Source: Escherichia coli O157:H7 (lineage in GTDB: Bacteria > Pseudomonadota > Gammaproteobacteria > Enterobacterales > Enterobacteriaceae). From it: 64,000 nt of DNA. A program made the position numbers and the translations under genes. Positions 55,339 to 63,335 of this stretch are shown one piece after another. The stretch lies in assembly GCF_013167455.1 (NCBI RefSeq), contig NZ_CP038328.1. The stretch is one strand, 5' to 3'. The notes under the pieces were generated by a model. That model was not told the origin of the DNA. It worked only from the letters and a program-made list of their open reading frames with translations, and made no database searches. How positions within the stretch are numbered: position 1 is the stretch's first letter; the number at the start of each line of letters is the position of its first letter.

Positions 55339-55653
55339 TTATCTTTTTTTGAAAAAAATTAAGATAAGAAAAAGAACAATATTTGTTACAGGAAATCCCC
55401 CCAAAACTCCCCAGTACTTACTCCATCCTAGAGACATCGTATATCTACCAAGGATTTGACAAAACCCAAAACTTAACCCTATACCTATACTTCTTAAATT
55501 TAATGTCGTAGTCAGGCTTAAAATAAATAGAACAAGGATGGTAATAGCCCACCACAATAACCATGCCTTAACAAAATCAGATTTTTTGCTGTAAGGTTCT
55601 TTACCCAAGAACAACTGCCAAAAGTTACCATTTCCCATATAGAATCCATTCAC
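55339..55653 (-). CDS. Hypothetical small membrane protein (104 aa, about 3 predicted TM helices)
   Basis: Open frame in very AT-rich DNA where stops are frequent by chance; hydrophobic segments AWLLWWAITILVLFILSL, IGIGLSFGFCQILG, VTNIVLFLILIFF; no family assigned. Confidence 0.55.
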   Translation of the reverse strand: MNGFYMGNGNFWQLFLGKEPYSKKSDFVKAWLLWWAITILVLFILSLTTTLNLRSIGIGLSFGFCQILGRYTMSLGWSKYWGVLGGFPVTNIVLFLILIFFKKR

Positions 55654-55776
55654 CCAAGATATTGTTTATAGAATAAAAATACATTCCAATTATATTTAAT
55701 TAAAATATACCCCATCAATAAAAACTTACACACTCTAAATTACTACTGTATAGTTATCAATGCAAAGACTGCTATA

Positions 55777-55794
55777 TTGCATATATATATGCAA
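55777..55794. promoter_or_regulatory. Perfect 18-bp palindrome in divergent promoter region
   Basis: TTGCATATATATATGCAA is its own reverse complement; lies between the divergent 104-aa and 128-aa ORFs. Confidence 0.4.
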
Positions 55795-55853
55795 ACCACA
55801 TAATTCAGGTAATATATATTCAAAACAATTATATATATAAAACAATGTAAAAA

Positions 55854-56240
55854 ATGTTCAAATCATCCATCAGAAATATATTCTACCCATCCAAGCTTGA
55901 GCGTTTATCACGCTTTCAGTTCATAATCTATACATTAACATCATGGTCAATATTAATAACTTTGAATGATATCAACCTGGCTTTGAGTTTTATTCTGGTT
56001 ATTAATAATACCTATGTAAATATCAATATTGGAGCAAAAAGAATAAGAGATACTGGATGTAAGGCAATCTACTTTGTATTGATTTCATTGGGTTTGACAC
56101 TTTTTTCTATTATCTCTGCAGCAATTGAAGGGGTGAGATGTGAGTCATTAAGCGTCCAACTCAACGTGGCATGGATATTATTCACAACAATTATGTTATC
56201 TGCGATTCCCTCTGCTAAAATGTCGCTGTCAGCACACTAA
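55854..56240 (+). CDS. Hypothetical inner-membrane protein, DUF805(YhaH)-like (128 aa)
   Basis: ORF in AT-rich DNA; motifs LERLSRFQF and KRIRDTGCKA resemble the DUF805 signature (GRxxRKEYW ... RRLHDxxxSG) from memory; several TM segments. Confidence 0.6.
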   Translation: MFKSSIRNIFYPSKLERLSRFQFIIYTLTSWSILITLNDINLALSFILVINNTYVNINIGAKRIRDTGCKAIYFVLISLGLTLFSIISAAIEGVRCESLSVQLNVAWILFTTIMLSAIPSAKMSLSAH

Positions 56241-56264
56241 CTTACTCACAGCGACATCGTATAG

Positions 56265-56409
56265 TTACAGCCAGTTCTTGCGCTTAAAGTACAGATACGG
56301 TGCCAGGCCCGCGAGGATCATAAAGATAATCGCGCCTGGGTAGCCGAAACTCCACTTCAGTTCTGGCATAAACTCAAAGTTCATGCCATAGCTGGAGGCA
56401 ATCGGCGTA
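56265..56409 (-). repeat. Duplicated 3' end of corA (gene fragment; direct repeat of 57976-58120)
   Basis: About 145 bp nearly identical to the genuine corA 3' end; encodes ...[44 protein letters not shown] in frame; identity decays toward the inner edge. Confidence 0.9.
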
Positions 56410-56597
56410 GGAAAAAGTTTCCTAATCGGTAAATTCAATATTTTGTTATTAACAATGAGCAAGACCAATCATTAACGACGTTCTCTTCAGAGATGTAATG
56501 AAAAAATGTGAAGTGTACTTCTTTTTTAAATATTTTTTTACCCTAGCATTTGTTCTCAAATTGATATTGAGCTTAAATATAACCAAGGAAAATGTAA

Positions 56598-57446
56598 ATG
56601 AATAACACATTACTTCCATCAATTAATATTCCCTGTACACTTTTCGAAACTATTAGTTTATTTGATAATTATTCTGCTGATGATATGCAATATGGTGATA
56701 TGGTAGAACAAGATTTTCTCTCACTCGGCCTAAGCGATATCTCAGCAAAAGTTGATCCTTACAGACTTATTAAATACCATTTCCCTGGCCCAGGTTCTAT
56801 TAATGTTGCTTTTAGTGCCTCAAGTTCCGGAACAAAAATATCACAACGTGAATGCACTGATATTTTATTTGCAGAAATGAAAGAACTAGCAAAAATGTTT
56901 TCCTTTTTTGGACAATATAAAACACTTATCGAAGATCTGATTGAACATTTTAGATATGGAAATGGCAGCAATTTTCATAGCCAACAATTAAATTTATCTT
57001 TTCATGAAAAAATAAATAAATATGGTTATAATAGTCCAATACGAATAATCAAAGAATGTATCGAAAATGGCATTAATTCAACTCCCTCGACAGGATACCA
57101 ACCTCTTATCCTGCAAAGCATTAAAACCAAATTACTTTCATCAAGACTAAATAAATTTAATGACTTCGAGGACAGTTTTAATGGCTTAGGAATCAGTGTT
57201 CATGATATTTCAGCTCAAAAAATATCTCTTTTAAGTTTTCAAAAATACGCTATAGGATGGAGTGCAACAATTCATTTTGTAGCACAGGACCACTTCGGTC
57301 TTGATGTAACTGATATCAAAAACAAGACTTACAGCAAATATAGATTTTTTCGCATATGGTTCTTTTTACAACGGCATAAAGACTTTGCTTTCAAACCTTT
57401 TTTCACCAATTTTAACACTATCGAAAGAATCGAAAATTATCTATGA
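56598..57446 (+). CDS. Hypothetical protein, 282 aa, no signal peptide, no recognised family
   Basis: 849-nt ORF in about 30% GC DNA (estimated by eye), which is improbable by chance; AAGGA SD 9 nt upstream of ATG; stop overlaps next ORF start (ATGA). Confidence 0.8.
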   Translation: MNNTLLPSINIPCTLFETISLFDNYSADDMQYGDMVEQDFLSLGLSDISAKVDPYRLIKYHFPGPGSINVAFSASSSGTKISQRECTDILFAEMKELAKMFSFFGQYKTLIEDLIEHFRYGNGSNFHSQQLNLSFHEKINKYGYNSPIRIIKECIENGINSTPSTGYQPLILQSIKTKLLSSRLNKFNDFEDSFNGLGISVHDISAQKISLLSFQKYAIGWSATIHFVAQDHFGLDVTDIKNKTYSKYRFFRIWFFLQRHKDFAFKPFFTNFNTIERIENYL

Positions 57447-57934
57447 AAAGCAAACTCCAAAAAATTATATTATGTTTATTTCTTCTATGCTGCATCTATA
57501 ATTTATGGACATTGCGTCCTGTACAGATTTTGTATACATACTCTGATGCTGGCAATTCAGTCTTTCTGGTCGTTGATCATCTGCCATGGACTGACAGCGA
57601 TAAAATAAATTGGTATCTGAAGCATCAGAATGAAATTAAAAATCAACATCCCCTACCAGAAGGTAGTTGGCATACCTGGTATGTCATTGATATCGGTAAT
57701 GGCTTCACTGACTATAAAAAATATATCGAAGGGCCGTATGAAGATCTCTACTGTTTCCCGACAATTAAGAGCAATGATAATTGCATCACGAAAAATTACT
57801 TAATGGTTATTAATGAATACCCTTATCGTAACACTCATATTGGTATTAACGATTTTACTGAGTATCAATTAACACAAGAAAATAAAATAGAGCAAGTTTT
57901 CAATCCGCATAACTTTAAAAAAGACAATTTTTAG
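57443..57934 (+). CDS. Hypothetical membrane-anchored or secreted protein, 163 aa
   Basis: N-terminal K-rich then hydrophobic stretch (MKSKLQKIILCLFLLCCIYNLWTL) typical of signal peptide/anchor; translationally coupled to upstream ORF; ends 41 nt before convergent corA stop. Confidence 0.75.
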   Translation: MKSKLQKIILCLFLLCCIYNLWTLRPVQILYTYSDAGNSVFLVVDHLPWTDSDKINWYLKHQNEIKNQHPLPEGSWHTWYVIDIGNGFTDYKKYIEGPYEDLYCFPTIKSNDNCITKNYLMVINEYPYRNTHIGINDFTEYQLTQENKIEQVFNPHNFKKDNF

Positions 57935-57975
57935 AAATAAGCCGGATAAAAAAATAGCTTTATCCGGCACTCATA

Positions 57976-58926
57976 TTACAACCAGTTCTTCCGCTTAAAG
58001 TACAGATACGGTGCCAGGCCCGCGAGGATCATAAAGATAATCGCGCCTGGGTAGCCGAAACTCCACTTCAGTTCTGGCATAAACTCAAAGTTCATCCCGT
58101 AGCTGGAAGCAACCAGCGTTGGCGGCAGGAACACGACGGATACCACCGAGAAAATTTTGATGATGCGGTTCTGCTCGATGTTGATAAAACCCATTGCCGC
58201 CTGCATCAGGAAGTTCACCTTCTGGAACAGGGATTCGTTATGCGGCAGCAGGGATTCGATATCTCGCAGGATTTCACGCGCCTGCTCCAGTTGCCCACCC
58301 GGTAAGCGTGCTTTACGTACCAGGAAGTTGAGCGCGCGCTGGGTATCCATCAGACACAGGCGCACTTTCCAGCCGATATCTTCCAGTTCCGCCAGAGTGG
58401 AGAGCGCCTCGTCGTACTCATCGCCCTGATGCCCTTCCATAATCACCCGGCTCAATTGCTCCAGGTCGCTATAGATATTTTCAATTTCATCTGCCAACTG
58501 TTCGATTTTGGTTTCGAACAGATCCAGCAGCAACTCGTAGGCGTTACCGTCTACCATCGACTGGCTACGGGCACGCATACGATACAGACGAAAAGCGGGC
58601 AGTTCACGCTCACGCAGAGTAAACAGACGACCATCACGGATGGTAAATGCCACAGTGGAGTTACCGGCGTGATCTTCCGCATCTTCAAAGAAGAAGAAGG
58701 AGTGAATATGCAGGCCGTCATCGTCTTCAAAGAAACGTGCCGATGCTTCGATGTCTTCCAGTTCCGGGCGGGTTGCCAGGCTCTGGCCAAGTTCAGATTG
58801 TACGCGCAGTCGCTCGTCGTCGTCCGGTTCGACAAGATCAATCCATACTGCATTTACAAGGGGTTGTGACTCTTCGACTTCCAGCCGGGTCAGTCGGTTA
58901 TTTTCCAGTTGAAATGCGCTCAGCAT
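57976..58926 (-). CDS. corA: Magnesium/cobalt transporter CorA
   Basis: [43 protein letters not shown]... with [10 protein letters not shown] signature near C-terminus; 316 aa. Confidence 0.96.
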   Translation of the reverse strand: MLSAFQLENNRLTRLEVEESQPLVNAVWIDLVEPDDDERLRVQSELGQSLATRPELEDIEASARFFEDDDGLHIHSFFFFEDAEDHAGNSTVAFTIRDGRLFTLRERELPAFRLYRMRARSQSMVDGNAYELLLDLFETKIEQLADEIENIYSDLEQLSRVIMEGHQGDEYDEALSTLAELEDIGWKVRLCLMDTQRALNFLVRKARLPGGQLEQAREILRDIESLLPHNESLFQKVNFLMQAAMGFINIEQNRIIKIFSVVSVVFLPPTLVASSYGMNFEFMPELKWSFGYPGAIIFMILAGLAPYLYFKRKNWL

Positions 58927-59295
58927 GACCGGGACTCCCAATGCTTAAAATATCGGACAGTTCGGTGGGCACACAGAAACAAATTGGGTTTCAGACCATT
59001 AAACAGCCTGACTCAGCGCGACGGGAAAAATTGAGGTCGCTGACAACCGCTAAGGCTATCAGCAAAAAGGGATAGCCTTAGGAGTTGATCCTGGATGACA
59101 GGATAGTGAGCCAGTATCTACTGGGTGTGTCCAAGGCGAATGTCCTCTTAGAGTGATCGTGCGCGCATGTTACGCCAGCAAAATTTTGCCGTCAACACGC
59201 AACAGAACACCACAGAACAATAGTTGAACTTCGCGCTTTTTGGTACTCGTCAAGGTCGCTAACAGGATAAAAAAATCCCACATCCAGGACCTATA

Positions 59296-60060
59296 ATGGC
59301 GCATCGGCTACTCATTGGTAAAGGAATGATCACCTTGAATCTCAAACGGATTTTTCTCGCCCTCACCTTACTTCCCTTGTTTGCTGTTGCCGCTGATGAT
59401 TGCGCACTCTCAGATCCAACGCTGACCGTACAGGCGTATACCGTTAATCCTCAAACAGAGCGGGTGAAAATGTACTGGCAAAAAGCCAATGGCGAAGCGT
59501 GGGGAACTTTACATGCTCTGCTGGCGGATATGAATAGTCAGGGTCAGGTGCAGATGGCGATGAACGGCGGCATCTATGATGAAAGCTATGCGCCGCTCGG
59601 TTTGTACATCGAAAACGGTCAGCAGAAGGTGGCGTTAAATCTCGCTTCAGGTGAAGGGAATTTCTTTATCCGTCCTGGCGGCGTGTTTTATGTCGCGGGA
59701 GATAAAGTCGGCATCGTTCGTCTGGATGCCTTCAAAACCAGTAAAGAGATTCAGTTTGCGGTGCAGTCAGGGCCAATGTTGATGGAAAACAGTGTAATTA
59801 ATCCGCGTATTCATCCCAACGTCGCCTCACGTAAAATTCGTAACGGTGTTGGAATTAATAAACATGGGAATGCCGTGTTTTTGTTGAGCCAGCAGGCGAC
59901 AAATTTTTATGATTTTGCCTGTTATGCCAAAGCGAAACTGAACGTTGAGCAGCTGCTTTATCTTGATGGCACGATTTCACATATGTATATGAAAGGCGGG
60001 GCAATCCCGTGGCAACGCTATCCTTTTGTCACCATGATTTCCGTCGAGCGGAAAGGTTAA
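59296..60060 (+). CDS. yigE: DUF2233-type periplasmic protein YigE
   Basis: 254 aa MAHRLLIGKGMITLNLKRIFLALTLLPLFAVAADDCALSDP... with signal peptide. Confidence 0.85.
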   Translation: MAHRLLIGKGMITLNLKRIFLALTLLPLFAVAADDCALSDPTLTVQAYTVNPQTERVKMYWQKANGEAWGTLHALLADMNSQGQVQMAMNGGIYDESYAPLGLYIENGQQKVALNLASGEGNFFIRPGGVFYVAGDKVGIVRLDAFKTSKEIQFAVQSGPMLMENSVINPRIHPNVASRKIRNGVGINKHGNAVFLLSQQATNFYDFACYAKAKLNVEQLLYLDGTISHMYMKGGAIPWQRYPFVTMISVERKG

Positions 60061-60142
60061 GCATTGTACACTCGAGGAGGCCAGACAAACTGGGGCTGGC
60101 TACACAGCTGGAAAATCATCAGATAAATGAAGGGAAACAAAA

Positions 60143-61045
60143 ATGAAAAAAACGCTCGCAACGTTATTTTTATTAACGTGTCTGGGATCATCATCCGCTT
60201 ATGCGGATAACGCTTTGATTTTACAAACTGATTTTAGCCTGAAAGATGGTGCCGTCTCGGCGATGAAAGGGGTCGCATTCGGTGTTGACCATAATCTTAA
60301 AATATTTGATTTAACACACGAAATTCCACCGTATAACATCTGGGAAGGCGCTTACCGCCTGTATCAGACCGCCAGTTACTGGCCGCAAGGTTCGGTATTT
60401 GTCAGTGTGGTCGATCCGGGCGTAGGCACTGACCGTAAATCGATAGTGCTGAAAACCAAAAACGGTCAATACTTCGTTTCACCGGATAACGGTACGCTCA
60501 CTTTGGTGGCGGAATCGCTGGGTATTGAGAGCGTCCGGGAAATCGACGAAAAAGCTAACCGCCTGAAAGGTTCTGAAAAGTCATATACCTTCCACGGTCG
60601 TGACGTGTATGCCTACACCGGTGCACGTCTGGCTTCCGGGGCGATCACGTTCGAGCAGGTGGGGCCTGAGCTTCCTGCAAAGGTTGTCGAACTTTCTTAT
60701 CAGAAAGCAAAAGCAACAAAAGGTGAAGTGAAGGGCAATATCCCGATTCTCGATATTCAGTACGGCAACGTCTGGAGCAATATCAGCGACGAGTTGCTGA
60801 ATCAGGCGGGGATCAAACTCAACGACACGTTGTGTGTGACCATTTCCGAAGGTTCCCGGCAAAAATACGCAGGGAAAATGCCGTATGTCGCAAGCTTCGG
60901 CGATGTGCCGGAAGGACAGCCGATGGTGTATCTGAACAGCTTATTGAATGTTTCCGTGGCGCTGAATATGGATAATTTCGCGCAGAAACATCAGGTTGCG
61001 TCTGGTGCTGACTGGAATATTGATGTGAAGAAATGTGATAAGTAA
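60143..61045 (+). CDS. SAM hydroxide adenosyltransferase-like (DUF62 / chlorinase-fluorinase fold) protein with N-terminal signal peptide
   Basis: 300 aa; signal peptide MKKTLATLFLLTCLGSSSAYA then family motifs QTDFSLKDGAVSAMKGV, VVDPGVGTDRKS, FVSPDNGTLTLV, YGNVWSNISDELLNQAGI (recalled from fluorinase/SalL-type enzymes). Confidence 0.75.
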   Translation: MKKTLATLFLLTCLGSSSAYADNALILQTDFSLKDGAVSAMKGVAFGVDHNLKIFDLTHEIPPYNIWEGAYRLYQTASYWPQGSVFVSVVDPGVGTDRKSIVLKTKNGQYFVSPDNGTLTLVAESLGIESVREIDEKANRLKGSEKSYTFHGRDVYAYTGARLASGAITFEQVGPELPAKVVELSYQKAKATKGEVKGNIPILDIQYGNVWSNISDELLNQAGIKLNDTLCVTISEGSRQKYAGKMPYVASFGDVPEGQPMVYLNSLLNVSVALNMDNFAQKHQVASGADWNIDVKKCDK

Positions 61046-61057
61046 GGTGCTGATGCC

Positions 61058-61082
61058 GGATGCGGTGTGGCGCACCGCATCC
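61058..61082. terminator. Stem-loop between convergent DUF62-like gene and uvrD
   Basis: ggatgcggtg-tggcg-caccgcatcc perfect 10-bp inverted repeat; no clear T-run, may be REP-like. Confidence 0.5.
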
Positions 61083-61089
61083 CGCAACG

Positions 61090-63252
61090 TTATACCGTCT
61101 CCAGCCGGGCGTATGCCGCCACCAGCCATTTAATACCCTGGCCCTGGAATGCCACCTGCAAACGGCTATGCTCGCCGCTGCCTTCCATATTGACGATAGT
61201 GCCTTCACCAAACTTAGCGTGGCGTACACGCTGGCCGAGCTTGTAGCCGCTGTCGTTCTCGACCATCGGCGTACCCATACGCTGATGGCTGACCGGGCGG
61301 CTTACCGTGGCGCGCAGGCGCACCTCTTCCACACACTCTTCCGGCAACTCACCGATAAAGCGCGACGGGCGATGGTAAACCTCTTTGCCATACAGACGGC
61401 GAGTTTCCGCGTAGGTCAGCGTCAGTTTCTGCATCGCGCGGGTTACACCAACGTAGGCCAGACGGCGTTCTTCTTCCAGACGTCCGCCTTCATCCAGCGA
61501 CATCTGGCTTGGGAACATGCCCTCTTCCATACCGACGATAAACACCTGCGGGAACTCCAGGCCTTTCGCCGAGTGCAGCGTCATCAACTGCACTGCATCC
61601 TGCCAGGTATCCGCCTGCCCCTCGCCCGCTTCCAGCGCCGCATGGGAGAGGAACGCCTGCAGCGGCATTAAATCTTCGTCTTCTTCGTTGTAGCTGAATT
61701 GGCGCGTTGCCGTCACTAGTTCCTCTAAGTTTTCGATACGCGTCTGACCTTTTTCGCCCTTCTCCTGCTCGTACATGGTACGCAGGCCGGAGTCTTTAAT
61801 TACCCGGTCAGTCTGTACATGCAGCGGCATATCGGCAGTTTCCTGCGCTAAGGCGTCGATCAGTTCCATAAACCGCTGTAAGGCGCTGGCAGCACGTCCG
61901 GCGAGGGCTTTTTCCTGCAACAGTTCACGACATGCCTGCCAGAGTGTTAACTGGCGATCGCGCGATGTCTGACGTACCACGTCCAGCGTCCGGTCACCAA
62001 TACCCCGCGTTGGCGTATTCACCACACGCTCAAAGGCCGCGTCGTCGTTGCGGTTGGCAATCAGGCGCAGATACGAGAGCGCATCTTTGATTTCCTGGCG
62101 TTCGAAGAAGCGCATCCCGCCGTAAATACGGTACGGCATACTGGCCTGCAATAACGCCTCTTCGAGCACCCGCGACTGGGCGTTGCTGCGGTAGAGAATG
62201 GCGCACTCGGCGAGCGCCCCACCGTTGTCCTGCCAGGTTTTGATGCGGTTAACGACAAAACGCGCTTCATCGAGTTCGTTAAAAGCGCAATAGAGGGAAA
62301 TAGGCTCACCGTCCGCGCCATCGGTCCACAGTTTTTTACCCAGACGCCCGTTGTTGTTTTCAATCAGGGCGTTCGCGGCGCTCAGAATGTTACTGGTAGA
62401 ACGATAGTTCTGCTCCAGACGGATAGTTTCGGCACCGGGGAAATCATTGAGGAAACGCTGAATATTCTCCACCTGCGCCCCGCGCCAGCCGTAGATTGAC
62501 TGGTCGTCATCACCGACGATCATCACTTTGCCGGTGTCGCCCGCCAGCAGGCGGATCCACGCGTACTGAATGTTGTTGGTATCCTGGAATTCGTCCACCA
62601 GGATGTTGGTAAAACGTTCGCGGTAGTGTTGCAGGATATGCGGCTTGTTAAGCCACAACTCGTGAGCGCGCAGCAGCAGCTCGGCGAAGTCCACCAGGCC
62701 TGCACGATCGCACGCTTCCTGATACGCCTGATACACCTTCTGCCAGGTCTGCTCCACCGGATTACCGTAGCTTTGAATATGATGCGGACGCAGGCCTTCA
62801 TCTTTCTGGCTGTTGATGTACCACATTGCCTGGCGCGGCGGCCACTGCTTCTCGTCGAGGTTCATGGCTTTGATCAGACGCTTAAGCAGGCGTAGCTGGT
62901 CTTCGCTATCGAGGATCTGGAAATCCTGCGGCAGATTGGCGTCCATATGGTGCGCACGCAGCAAACGGTGCGCCAGCCCGTGGAAGGTGCCGACCCACAT
63001 GCCGCCCTGGCTGGTGCCCATCAGTTGCCCGATACGATGACGCATCTCCGCCGCCGCTTTGTTGGTAAACGTCACAGCCATAATCGAGTATGGCGAGCAG
63101 TTTTCCACGCTCATCAGCCAGGCGATACGATGCACCAGTACGCGCGTCTTACCACTGCCCGCGCCCGCCAGCACCAGAAGGTTGCTGCGCGGCGCGGCCA
63201 CCGCTTCGCGCTGTTTGTCATTAAGGCTGTCGAGCAGGTAAGAAACGTCCAT
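61090..63252 (-). CDS. uvrD: DNA helicase II
   Basis: MDVSYLLDSLNDKQREAVAAPRSNLLVLAGAGSGKTRVLVHRIAWL..., 720 aa from internal ATG. Confidence 0.97.
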   Translation of the reverse strand: MDVSYLLDSLNDKQREAVAAPRSNLLVLAGAGSGKTRVLVHRIAWLMSVENCSPYSIMAVTFTNKAAAEMRHRIGQLMGTSQGGMWVGTFHGLAHRLLRAHHMDANLPQDFQILDSEDQLRLLKRLIKAMNLDEKQWPPRQAMWYINSQKDEGLRPHHIQSYGNPVEQTWQKVYQAYQEACDRAGLVDFAELLLRAHELWLNKPHILQHYRERFTNILVDEFQDTNNIQYAWIRLLAGDTGKVMIVGDDDQSIYGWRGAQVENIQRFLNDFPGAETIRLEQNYRSTSNILSAANALIENNNGRLGKKLWTDGADGEPISLYCAFNELDEARFVVNRIKTWQDNGGALAECAILYRSNAQSRVLEEALLQASMPYRIYGGMRFFERQEIKDALSYLRLIANRNDDAAFERVVNTPTRGIGDRTLDVVRQTSRDRQLTLWQACRELLQEKALAGRAASALQRFMELIDALAQETADMPLHVQTDRVIKDSGLRTMYEQEKGEKGQTRIENLEELVTATRQFSYNEEDEDLMPLQAFLSHAALEAGEGQADTWQDAVQLMTLHSAKGLEFPQVFIVGMEEGMFPSQMSLDEGGRLEEERRLAYVGVTRAMQKLTLTYAETRRLYGKEVYHRPSRFIGELPEECVEEVRLRATVSRPVSHQRMGTPMVENDSGYKLGQRVRHAKFGEGTIVNMEGSGEHSRLQVAFQGQGIKWLVAAYARLETV

Positions 63253-63308
63253 TGGCACCGCCGCGTAAAAATAGGTTGGGCGGAGAAGCGCAACGCCCTC
63301 CGCCAAAA

Positions 63309-63328
63309 AGCTGGGTATATATACAGAT
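63309..63328 (-). promoter_or_regulatory. LexA (SOS) box of uvrD
   Basis: Minus strand ATCTGTATATATACCCAGCT, CTG-N10-CAG, 57 bp upstream of uvrD start. Confidence 0.85.
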
Positions 63329-63335
63329 TTGCTGA

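Noticed and set aside
56265-56468. 67-aa minus-strand ORF as an independent gene
   Set aside because: Its C-terminal 44 residues are a copy of the CorA C-terminus and the N-terminal part is unrelated read-through; interpreted as a gene fragment, not a functional CDS.
56265-58120. Integrative element (integrase-bearing island or transposon) at the corA 3' end
   Set aside because: The direct repeat of the target gene 3' end resembles attL/attR of an integrative element, but no integrase, recombinase or transposase ORF and no terminal inverted repeats are present in the 1.57-kb insert; kept as a recombination scar/cassette instead.
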